Shown: piece by piece, positions 52,968-64,000 of the stretch | Position numbering within the stretch: position 1 is the stretch's first letter | Layout: each line of letters begins with the position of its first letter | Assembly (NCBI GenBank): GCA_030390025.1 | Contig: CM059438.1 | Span: 66,528,001-66,592,000 of the forward strand | Length of the DNA: 64,000 nucleotides | Reading direction: 5' to 3' | Origin: Squalus acanthias | Lineage: Eukaryota | Program-made: the position numbers and the translations under genes | The notes under the pieces: model-generated | Told to the model about the DNA's origin: nothing | Databases searched by the model: none | Seen by the model: the letters and a program-made list of their open reading frames with translations, nothing else

Positions 52968-53176
52968 TTACATCGAGTTACATCGAGTCTACAGCGCAGA
53001 AACAAGCCATCCGGCCCAACTGGTCTATGCCGGCATGTATGCTCCACATGAGCCTCCTCCCACCCTTTTTCATCTAACCCTATCAGCGTATCCTTCTATT
53101 CCTTTCTCCCTCACGTGTTTGTCTAGCTTCCCCTTAAATGCATCTATGCCACTCGCCTCAACTACTCCTTGTGGTA
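52968..53176 (-). mobile_element. CR1 3' fragment
   Basis: Reverse complement of the 25880-26078 type end. Confidence 0.8.
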
Positions 53177-53382
53177 CAAAAGCAAATTACTACGGATGCT
53201 GGAAATCTGAAATAAAAACAGAAAATGCTGGAAATACTCAACAGGTCAGGCAGCATCTGTGGAGAGAGAAACAGAGTTAACGTTTCAGGTCGATGAAGGG
53301 TCATCAACCTGAAACGTTAACTCTGTTTCTCTCTCCATAGGTGCTGCCTGACCTGCTGAGTATTTCCAGCATTTTCTGTTTT
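53177..53382. repeat. Long fold-back (hairpin) element with 14-bp target-site duplication
   Basis: Inverted arms of about 83 bp around 53298. TACTCCTTGTGGTA is duplicated at 53163-53176 and 53383-53396. Confidence 0.85.
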
Positions 53383-54071
53383 TACTCCTTGTGGTAGCGT
53401 GTTTATTTCTGCGTCCTTTGACCATTCAAAATATTTCTCAGCATGATATCCTGTAACACATCTCAAACACTGACATGAGTAATTAAACATGCAAAACAGA
53501 AACCTGATGAGTCACCTGGTGACTTCAGCCATCCAGACCATCGAGCTCCCAGGCTCAATCCCCACTCTGTTCTGTGTCAGCAGATCTCAACCGCAATTGG
53601 CCTCAGGCAAAAAAGCAGAGCCCATCCAGGGTTCTCGCTCCTAATCAAAGTCTCCCGACCCCCAGTGAAAAGGGCTCAAATCGACAATGGATGGGAGCAG
53701 GATTTCTCTCAGCTGGGACAACGGCCACAATGGAATAGCTTGTCTCAGCCCATGGATGAGGAATGGTCACTCTGGAGAGGAGGGAGGATATTTGGTGAGT
53801 TCCTCTGGAGCTCTATCCCAGGGGGATCGTGTGTCTTCAAAAAGGAGAGGAGAAAATCGAGGAGAAAGTATACTGGACACACGAAAGGAATTCCACCTGC
53901 AGGTTGGAGAATGGATTATTAAGAGTCGTTCAATTCAGTTTAAACGTTCTGTTCTTCAAAACCCCAATAGTGTGTCCCTCTCCCAGGAAGCACCACAAGC
54001 AGTAGGGATACTCACAAAACTGAAGTACTTCAAGTGCTCCATGGAAATAGATTTGAGGAAGTTACACAAAG

Positions 54072-55620
54072 GCTGTGGGCCAAGACAACATCCCGGCTAT
54101 CGTGCTGAAGACTTGTGCTCCAGAACTAGCCGCGCCTCTATCCAAGCTGTTCCAGTCCAGCTACAACACTGGCATCTATCTGACAATGTGCATAACTGCC
54201 CAGGTATGCCCTGTCCACAAAAAGCAGGACATATCCAATCCGGCCAATTACCGCCCCATCAGTCTACTCTCAATCATCAGCAAAGTGATGGAAGGTGTCA
54301 TCGACAGTGCTATCAAGCGGCACTTACTCACCAATAACCTGCTCACTGATGCCCAGTTTGGGTTCCGCCACTCGGCTCCCGACCTCATGACAGCCTTGGT
54401 CCAAACATGGACTAAGGAGCTGAATTCCAGAAGTGAGGTGAGAGTGACTGCCCTGGACATCAAGGCAGCATTTGACTGAGTGTGACATCAAGGAGCCCTA
54501 GTAAAACTGAAGTCAATGGGAATCAGGGGGAAAACGCTCCACTGGCTGGAGTCATACCTAGCGCAAAGGAAGATGGTTGTGGTGATTGAAGATCAATCAT
54601 CACAGCCCCAGGACATCGCTGCAGGAGTTCCTCAGGGCACTGTCCTTGGCCCAACCATCTTCAGCTTCTTCATCAATGACCTTCCCACCAACATAAGGTC
54701 AGAAATGGGGATGTTCGCTGATGACTGCACAGTGTTCAGCGCCATTCACAGCTCCTCAGATAATGAAGCAGTCCATGCCTGCATTCAACAAGACCTGGAC
54801 GACGTTCAGGCTTGGACTGATAAGTGGCAGGTAACATTCGTGCCACAGAAGTGCCAGGCAATGACTATCTCCAACAAGCGAGAGTCTAACCACCTCCCCT
54901 TGACATTCAACGGCATTACCATTGTCAAATCTCCCACCATCAACATCCTGGGGGTCACCACTGACCAGAAACTTAACTGGACCAGCCACATAAATACTGT
55001 GGTAACAAGAGCAGGTCAGAGGCTAGGTATTCTGCAGCAAGTGTCTCACTTCCTGACTCCCCAAAGCCATTCCACCATCTACAAGGCACAGGTAAGGAGT
55101 GTGATGGAATACACTCCACTTGCCTGGATGAGTGCAGCTGCAACAACACTCAAGAAGCTCGACACCATCCAGGACAAAGCAGCCCGTTTGATTGGCACCC
55201 CATCCACCACCTTAAACATTCACTCCCTCCACCACTGGCGTACTGTGGCTGCAGTGTGTACCATCTACAAGATGCACTGCAGCAACTCGCCAAGGCTTCT
55301 TCGGCAGCACCTCCCAAACCCGCGACCTCTTCCATCTAGAAGGACACGGGCAGCAGGCGCATGGAAACACCACCACCTCCAAGTTCCCCTCCAAGTCACA
55401 CACCATCCTGACTTAGAAGTATATCGCCGATCCTTCATCGTTGCTGGGTCAAAATCCTGGAACTCCCTACCTAACAGCACTGTGGGAGTACCTTCAGCAC
55501 ACGGACTGCAGCGGTTCAAGAAGGCAGCTCACCACCACCTTCTCAAGGGCAACTAGGGATGGGCAATAAATGCTGGCCTTGCCAGCGATGCCCAGATCCC
55601 ATAAGCGAATTAAAAAAAAG
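54072..55620 (+). mobile_element. Non-LTR retrotransposon 3' part (CR1/L2 clade RT)
   Basis: ORFs 54075-54479 and 54516-55556 (NYRPISLLS, LDIKAAFD, GVPQG, FADD); ends with AATAAA and an A-tail. Confidence 0.92.
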
Positions 55621-55790
55621 CAGGCCAGGCAGCATCCATGAGAAATAAATCCAATGACCCAGGTTATCTCAGGCGTTAACTCTGTTTCTCTCGCCTCAGG
55701 TACTGCCTGGCCTGCTGAGTGTTTCCAGCATTTTCTCCTTTTTTTAATTTCAGATTGCCAGCATCCGTCCGCAGTGCTTTGCTTTTGTTT
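55621..55790 (-). repeat. Partial copy of the hairpin element at 53177
   Basis: gttaactctgtttctctc..ctgctgagtgtttccagcattttc..ttcagattgccagcatccg matches its arm and leader. Confidence 0.7.
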
Positions 55791-57297
55791 GAGGAAGTGG
55801 CGACTGGTGAAGATACTGAAGCAAACCTGGAGGTTAAATGGGTTGAGGTGGTGGGTGACAAGTGGGAGCACAACTGATTATAGAAGCCACAGTGAGCTTC
55901 CCCCAACTGCTGAGCGAAGAGAGGAGGCAATTCCCTGAGGATGAAGCTGCAGATGTCAGAAACAAGACGCCCACAACCCTCCTAGTGATATTTGAAGAAG
56001 CAGTTGAACATTTGTCACCATAGCTACCATAGAAGGCAATGGGGACGGCATCGTGAATGGACTGATAAATGTTTGATTACTGCTTCATCTTAATGTTCCT
56101 TCAAAAATCAAATGAAGTGCCACAAAAGCCATTATAGATTTTTTTTTCCAGCATTACAACACAATGCAAACTGTTGGGTTCGAAACTAAAAACATTTTCC
56201 AAGAATCTTTATCAATTCCAAGCTGTCCAGTAATTCATTTGGCAGTGAGACTACAAATATAATAACCGTAGATTTTTGTCAATAGAGATGGAAAAGTAAT
56301 ATTCCCCACTGTTATGGTACTCCATGAGTCCCATTCAGGAGATGCTTGTTCATCATCTTGCCCAAATCTGTGTATTGCGCAAAATGATAGTGAAATGTAA
56401 TATGAAAAAACGGAATAAATTCAATTAAAATGTAAATGATTTGAAGGAACGGAACTGGAATTTTAAACCGGATTATTAATATAACATCCATAAATTCAAC
56501 TATATTTATATAATGAAGCCCACATACAAAGTTAGTTAGTAATGTTGCTGCACTGCAATTAGCAACAACATGTGCCACGATATGAATTGTGGAACTCTTT
56601 CTGTTACTCAGATTTGTGAACTGCTATAGGTTCTCAGTGCGAGTGGGTGTTTGTTTTCCCACTTTCAGTAAGGGACTTTTTTTTTGAATCATGGCAAGCA
56701 TTCGACTGTCCCAACTTTCTCCAGTGTTCTCCTCATCACTCTGAGGGTTCGTCCTGCGGTGCAGTCCTTCACGAGTTCACCCAACGCTCCTTCGTGAGTC
56801 AGTCTGGACACCGAGGATCAGCAAGCTGTTTGAATGTGTGCGCCTAAGACCCGTCTTGGCCTTGCCGAGTCTCCACATAGTGTGCACTTTTCACCTGAGT
56901 TCACTGAATATTGATCAGTCTGTCTGGCTGCTGTGTTTTTTAATTTCCCTCCCTCCCTGGTCTGTGGAGCTGAAAGTAATTGTAGCATCCTAACTGCCAT
57001 CGCAGTTGAGAACAAATACCTCTCTGGACCTTTGTGTGCTGGCTCAATGATTACTCACTGAGCCATTGGGAATTACATCCCTCCGTTGAAGGGATATTTA
57101 CTAGTCCTAGCCCTTTTAGGGCTACCCCGGATCAGGCGTTTTTCTCAGACGTTCACTTTCAACTAAAGTTTGAGGTAGCCGAATCCTAAAGATGCTTAAT
57201 TGGGTCTAAAGGTCTGGGCTATCTCTACCTAAAGGAAGGCAACAACCCGAGAATGTTACCGTCCTCCAGATAGCGCTTTTAATAAGTTTAGCTAGAC

Positions 57298-58209
57298 TGT
57301 AACATCCCGGATATTATGAGGGTCCGGAAAACTCCCCCAGATATGTAACTCTTCACCAAAGAGTGTACAGAGATTGAGTTCACGAGTTTTTGATACAATT
57401 CTAAAAATATATAGAGATTTATTAAAAGAACCAACATGCAATTTGCAGTTGGTGAATCAGTCAATCACAACATTAACAGTTCTAAAAAGAGAAAAAATAC
57501 AATCTTTTTAACAGAGAATCTTACTTTTAAATCTTAACTTCGCTACAGTATTACAGTTCTTAAAGTTTTCTATACAGGATATCCATCAATATCAAATACC
57601 TTTGATCCCCGAGATATAAAGAGTTGGAGACTACAGAGCCACCTCTGAAGCCGAGAATTGCTTTGCCCAATTAAAGCGAGTCTGATATCCCATTTGAGAG
57701 TTCAATATTTATACCCTTTTCCAGTGGTATTTCATTTAAGGTTTTCTGCTAATACAAGTTAATTATCCCTATTCATCTTTCTGCCGACCTCTGCAATTCT
57801 TACTGCTACATCAGCCAGAATCTTGTCTCACATCCAGGTGTTCTAGGGTCACCATTTAGAACGATGTGAAAGGCAGGTGTTCCTTATTTTATGTCATCTT
57901 TACGAGGGCAGATGTTCCTTATCTTATGTGCCATCTTTACGAAGTTTAAATTAGAACACCTTATCCAGGGTGAGCCATTGTTTTGTTCCCAAAAGGTCAG
58001 CTTGTCAGAGCCATGCACCTTCTGTTTCAATAAGGTTATTTATTCAGGGTCAACAACTGTCTTATCTCAATAGCCAGAATTCTTTCATAGCTATTTCATA
58101 GTTAGGTTTCTAAATTTCCAAGCCCAGTTTATCATGTTTTAATAAGGCCAGAATTCTTTCATAAGATAGTATATTTTTCTGAATAGGGTATATGGCTTAT
58201 TCCTTCACA
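57298..58209 (-). mobile_element. Candidate solo LTR
   Basis: Minus strand begins TGTGAAGG and ends TGTTACA, with TATAAA (about 57710) upstream of AATAAA (about 57420) and short internal direct repeats. No TSD found. Confidence 0.35.
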
Positions 58210-58379
58210 CAGTGTTTAAAATTAAATTACCATATAATCTGATATAAGCAACTTTGAATCAAGAGGAACCCATTTTAAATTCAATTTAAATTTGAGGACT
58301 GTGTCTTAGGTTCCCTTTAATCAATAGCAGTAGAGTACTTTAAAATTTGAGTACAGTTGATAATATATATCAATGTATA

Positions 58380-59380
58380 CCAGCTGTTCACAATATATAT
58401 CAATGATTTGGATGAGGGAACCGAATGTAGTATTTCCAAGTTTGCTGATGACACAAAACTAGGTGGGATTGTGAGTTGTGGGAGGATGCAAAGAGGCTTC
58501 AAGGCAATTTAGACAAGTTGAGTGAGTGGGCAAATACATGGTAGATGCAGTATAACGTGGATAAATGTGAAGTTATCCACTTCGGTAGGAAAAACAGAAA
58601 GGCAGAGTATTATTTAAATGGCGATAGATTGAGAAATGTTGATGTACAAAGGGACCTGGGTGTCCTTGTACACCAGTCACTGAAAGCAAACATGCAGGTG
58701 CAGCAAGCAGTTAGGAAGGCAAATGGTATGTCGGCCGTCATTGCAAGAGGATTTGAGTACAGGTGCAAGGATGTCTTACTACAGTTATACAGGGCCTTGG
58801 TGAGACCACACCTGGAATACTGTGTGCAGTTTTGGTCTCCTTACCTAAGAAAGGATATACTTGCCATAGAGGGAGTGCAGCGAAGGTTCACCAGACTGAT
58901 TCCTGGGATGGCAGGACTGTCATATGAGGAGAGAATGGGTCGACTAGGCCTGTATTCACTAGAGTTTAGAAGAATGAGAGGGGATCTCACTGAAACGTAT
59001 AAAATTGTGACAGGGCTAAACAGACTGGATGCAGGGAGGATGATTCCCCTGGCTGGGGGGTCTAGAAGGAGGGGTCATAGTCTCAGGATATAGGGTAGGA
59101 CATTTAGGACTGAGATGAGGAGAAATTTCTTCACTCAGAGGGTAGTGAACCTGTGGAATTCTCTACCACAGAAGGCTATGGAGGCCAAGTCACTGAATAT
59201 ATTTAAGAAGGAGATAGATAGATTTCTAGACACAAAAGGCATCAAGGGATTTGGGGAGAGAGCGGGAATATGGTATTGAGATAGAGGATCAGCCATGATC
59301 ATATTGAATGGCGGAGCAGGCTCGAAGGGCCGAATGGCCTACTCCTGCTCCTATTTTTCTATGTTTTCTATGTTTTCTAA
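58380..59380 (+). mobile_element. CR1 LINE 3' portion
   Basis: ORF 58545-59093 is homologous to 32275-33450; 3' tail (ttttctatg)n. Confidence 0.92.
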
Positions 59381-60645
59381 GACCATCCCATATCTCAAAG
59401 TGCTTCGTGCACATTACTTTGATGTGCTTTGACGGTGTAATGTTGGATTTTACTTTCCACGCCAAAGTAAACTGTGCAGGCAGCTCATGTATTGTAAAAC
59501 CAGGTGGTCTCTTCAGTGCTGTAGGTAAGAGCTGCAAGCACGTGGTCTACGCAGCTAAGATTTCAAACTAAACATTTTTCATTACCACAGACAATTCTAT
59601 TTAAATTCCTGTTAGCTTGGAGTGCAACGGAGTCATTAGGGCAGTAGGTGAGCAGTACAAAGGGATACATCAATGATAAAGAAGTTACTTTTTAATTTCA
59701 AAAATCAAGTGTAATTTATTGAGCTACAGAGGGTAAATAGTGTTACATTTATTAAAATGAGATAACTCAATTAAGGTGATAATTAAAGCCAGCAAAATGT
59801 GTCTATTACAGCAGACTTTTAATTGACTAGCTCATTAATGGATAATGATCAGTCATTCTATTTTGATCTTTGAAGCCCTGGAGATAAGCAGCAATTTTTT
59901 AATATTTGACCCAAGAGTGAGCATGCACAGCTGTGGCAATTAAGTTGGGGATTAAAACGGGACGGTCTGACTTTGATTATCATGAGTAATGCAGTCCTCG
60001 GCAGTGCAGGCATTCTCACTCTGCCCAAGCGTCAGAGCCGAGGGCAGAGAAACACATGGAATTGACCCACATGTCGCCATTCAGTATGCTAGCAGTCTGT
60101 AATGAGCATTATTGGGATAGTCGGTCTTTTTGTCCACTATTTATTTTACAATTCGCAGAACAACACAAAAGTACGTGAAAGCTTTCATGACAAAATAGAC
60201 TCGTCAGTTAGTTTTGCAAAAATGATTGCTTTATGCATTGCGGTGGATAATTTGTTGAGTTCCACAAGGAGGCCCTTTGATGGAAAGCTGAAATCGAGAT
60301 AATGGAGAGCAGGGAGAGTACAGTTCAATCAAAGGATTCGGATAATGTTCCAAATGGCAAGAGACAAGGTTGATTAGTTTTTGAACAAGATTTGAAGACC
60401 AAGATTACATTAAAGGCTTTAATTCAATCCTCAATATCTATTATTTAAAACAATTCCATTTTAAACAGTTCATTTGCAGCAGGTATAGTTCAGGTTGGTC
60501 TTGGTTTGTGTCACTGTGACAGGTCCAAGTTGTGAGTTTAGTCTCAAGGTATAAATATGACCGGGGTTCTGATATTAGGAAGTTATTTTTAACTGTGATG
60601 CACCTTTCTTCATATCACTTATTGTGATTTGCATCTTTCAATAAT

Positions 60646-61795
60646 GGCCCGGATTTTCTGGGAGCTACGAGTGCGTACGCACAGGGCTGGATTTTGTCAA
60701 TGGGGACGTGATGGAGGCGGGACTCCCACTTTTTGGGTTGTAGTCCCACCTCCATCGACTTGTGGCCAACCCACTGTATTTTCCCTTGATTGACCTTGTT
60801 AAGCCCGCCCAGCGGGCTTAGCAGGCCAATCAAGGGTCCCTTGGATACAGGTGACGTCAGCCATTGAAATTTCATCTGTCAAGAGCTTTTGACAGGTGAA
60901 ATTTCAGCTTTTGACAGCTCTGTGAAGCTGTCAAACACTGACAATATGATTTCTAATGTGAGTCCCTGTACTTAGACTCAGTTAGAAATCAATCCAGCAC
61001 AGAAAGCAGAGACTGCAGCTTTTGACAGCTCCGCGGCCATTCTGCTTTCTGTGCCGGTGAGCTGAGGGACTCCCGAGAACTGAAGGAAGGAAGCCTGCAG
61101 GACAAAGTTAAGGTAAGTAAAAGTGCTTAAAACACTTTACACACACCAAACACACTTACCTCTGCACTCATGCACCCATCACTCACCTGCACACCGGACA
61201 TCTCGACCCCTCCAAGCCCTCCAGACCGACGGTCCGCCTCGCTAAATCGGCGTGGTTTGGACCTGTCGGGAAGCCCACACTTCAGGGCTAAAAATAGGAA
61301 TTAGGCAAAAAATTGCCTGTTAACTACCTGTTAACAGGCAGTTTATTGGCACTAATCACCTTCCTGCCTCGGGGAGGCGGGTCCCAGCACAGGTCGGGTA
61401 CCCGCCTCCTGTGAAACTGGCATGGAGGCGGGTTGGGGGCGGGATGGGTTCGGGACCCCCGAATCTGCTATTTTAACCCCCCACACGCCTCCAAACCCGC
61501 CTCCACAGGTCAATGAAAATTCTGCCCACAGTGTACGCAGTCGTAAGTGCCCCGCAAGTTCGGGGTTTCTGCATGTGATGCGAATGCGCGAAAACACGGA
61601 ACTTGCAATCTGTCACGTTTCAGCTTGACAGATCGTACGAATATGCAGGAAATGGACATTCACTGGTGCAGAGTTGGGCTATTTGCTCAACTGCTGGCCA
61701 GCGAATGGCCACGAAAACTCTTATGCCTCGTAAAAGCAGGCGTAAGGCCTTATTTTACCAGCTTAAGGGTTTAAATAAATATTAAAATAACATTT
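60646..61795. mobile_element. Truncated TIR element (relative of 1752-2352) carrying a nested TIR element
   Basis: Starts GGCCCGGATTTTCTG after AAT and resumes at 61531 with sequence collinear to the reverse complement of 2352-2090. Confidence 0.7.
60684..61527. mobile_element. Non-autonomous Harbinger-type TIR element
   Basis: TIRs GGGCTGGATTTT ... AAAATTCTGCCC with TSD ACA/ACA. Confidence 0.88.
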
Positions 61796-62429
61796 TCTAT
61801 TGGTCACATACTGTAGGTCAATAATACCTCACCTTTACAGGTTGCAATAAGTTATCAAATGTAACAACTTAAACGAGGAAAAATAAATATTTTCCTTTAA
61901 GAATTGCTATACTTCTAATAAGCAAAGCAGTCACAAGTTCAGAGTCGATGAAGGGTATTACTTTCCCATGGGTGAATGTATATTAAACCTCCAGGGTGAA
62001 AGGGCATCTGTGCATGAAATTGGCATATTCATCTGCCAAAAAAAATAAAGAGAAATGGGTGACTGGGTTAATTATTGCATACAATAGGAGACATGAATAT
62101 CGAATGGCTAGAGCTGTGTTGGTCGAATGCTCCTGAGAGAGACAGGAGTCCATCTACCTGTCTTCATTTGATATAAAAGCAAGTTCAGACCATCTTGTTT
62201 CTGGCAGTTTGTTAGAAAAGCATTGAAATGTTGAGATATGCATGAATATGGTCAAGCCACATACAAGATCTGCAAAATGTCTTCTTTTAACAATTTTATC
62301 TTTTAACAGAGCAGACCTTGTCCCTTATATTCCAGAACCTCTACCTCTTGAGTATTCTACCTTTTACAGTATAAATGTAGACTGCACCCCTCTACCTGAG
62401 ACTGAACCAGGCTGTTTGCAACCTTGCTG

Positions 62430-63140
62430 TCCTATTTGACCCTGAGCTGAGCTTCCTACCCCATACCCTCTCCATCACAAAGACCGCCTAATTCCACCTC
62501 CGTAACATCGCCCGTCTCCGCCCCTGCCTCAGCTCATTGCTGCTGAAACCCTCATCCATGCCTTTGTTACCTCTAGACTCGACTATTCCAAGGCTCTCCT
62601 GGCTGGCCTCCCACCTTGCATCCTCCATAATCGTGAGCTCATCCAAAACTCGGCTGCCCGTGTCCTAACTCGCGCCAAGTCCCGCTCACCCATCACCCTT
62701 GTGCTCGCTGACCTACATTGGCTCCCGGTCTGGCAAGCGCCTCGATTTTAAAATTCTCATCCTTGTTTTCAAATCCCTCCATGGCCTTTCCCCTCCCTAT
62801 CTCTGTAACCTCCTCCAGCCCTACAACCTTCTGTGATCTCTGCGCTCCTCTAATTCTGGCCTCTTGCGCATCCCTGATTTTCTTCACTCCACCATTGGCG
62901 GGCATGCATTCAGCTGCCTAGGCCCTAAACTCTTTCCAACCTAATCCTCTCCGCCTCTCTACCTCTCCTCCTTTAACATGCTCCTTAAAACCTACCACTT
63001 TGACCAAGCTTTTGGTCACCTGTCCTGATATCTCCTTATGTGGCTCGGTGTCACATTTTGTTGGATAATCGCTCCTGTGAAGCGCCTTGGGAGGTTTTAT
63101 TACATTAAATGCGCTCTCTAAGTGCAAGGTGCTGCTGTCG
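62430..63140 (+). mobile_element. L2-type LINE 3' portion
   Basis: HLRNIARLRPCL, ETLIHAFVTSRLDYS, LIQNSAARVL and HITLVLADLHWLPV, typical of the L2 ORF2 C-terminus. Confidence 0.9.
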
Positions 63141-63289
63141 TAAAGTGTCTCCAAGAGTTAATGATTATCCTACCTGAAGTACTTCGCTCACTTTATTAAG
63201 CATAGTCATGCTATGCTGCACACTTTATTCAAGTAGCTACAGATAATCTTTAAGACTAAAGCAGCTTACATTGTGCTATGAACCTTGCT

Positions 63290-64000
63290 TCAATAAGGAG
63301 TGTAGAAGAGCATGCCAGGAGCAGCACCAGGTGTACCTAAAAATGAGGTGCCAACCTGGGGAAGCTGTAACACAGGGCAACATGCATGTTAAACAGCGGA
63401 AGCAGCCTGCTATAGACAGAGCTAAATGATCCCACAATCAACAGGTCAGATCAAAGCTCTGCAGTCCTGCCACATCCAGTCATGAATGGGGGTGGACCAT
63501 TAAACAACTAACGGGAGGAGGAGGGACCATCAATATCCCCATCCTCAATGATGGCGGAGCCCAGCACGTGAGTGCAAAAGACAAGGTTGAAGCGTTTGCA
63601 ACCATCTTCAGACATGCTGAGTGGATGATCCATATAGGCCTCCTCCTGAGGTCCTCACTATCACAGAAGCCAGTCTTCAGCCAATTTGATTCAGTCCACG
63701 TGATATCAAGAAACGGCTGAGCGCACTGGATACAGCAAAGGCTATGGGCCCTGACAACATCCCGGCTGTCGTGCTGAAGACTCATGCTCCAGAACAAGCC
63801 GCACCTCTAACCAAGCTGTTCCAGTCCAGCTACAACACTGGCATCTACCCAACAATGTGGAAAACTGCCCAGGTATGTCCTGTCCACAAAAAGGACAAAT
63901 CCAATCTGGCCAATTAACCCCCCCATCAGTCTACTCTCAATCATCAGCAAAGTGATGGAAGGTGTTGTCGACAGTGCTATCAAGCGGCACTTACTCACCA
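63290..64000 (+). mobile_element. Non-LTR retrotransposon ORF2 fragment (family of 54072); runs off the window
   Basis: KAMGPDNIPAVVLK and ISLLSIISKVMEG; matches 16050-16240 and 54072-54335. Confidence 0.9.

Noticed and set aside
1..64000. Remaining short ORFs in the track; CRISPR arrays or prokaryotic systems
   Set aside because: Most ORFs are antisense or alternate frames of TEs or chance ORFs. The sequence is vertebrate-like and shows no repeat-spacer array.

Overview
Repeat-rich, mostly non-coding eukaryotic DNA. The repeat families (CR1 and L2 LINEs, a Deu-domain tRNA-SINE of SacSINE1 type, many PIF/Harbinger elements) suggest a cartilaginous fish (shark) genome; this is an inference. 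No intact host gene is recognisable. The main finding is invisible in the ORF track. Between about 26.8 and 35.35 kb, manual three-frame reading across stops, frameshifts and younger TE insertions recovers a heavily decayed RAG1-like gene on the + strand and a convergent RAG2-like kelch beta-propeller gene on the - strand. The RAG1-like motifs run in order: N-terminal CND, RING, nonamer-binding domain, catalytic core with D708- and E962-equivalent motifs. After removing a young CR1 insertion the two genes are only about 230 bp apart, leaving no room for the RAG2 acidic hinge or PHD. An inward-facing 12-RSS-like motif lies just outside the RAG2-like gene. This resembles a fossil RAG-like (ProtoRAG-type) transposon or a very old decayed second RAG1-RAG2 locus in a jawed vertebrate. 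All protein alignments were made by eye against recalled mammalian RAG sequences and need computational confirmation. The window also holds a near-complete two-gene Harbinger element, its deletion derivatives and several nested insertions.
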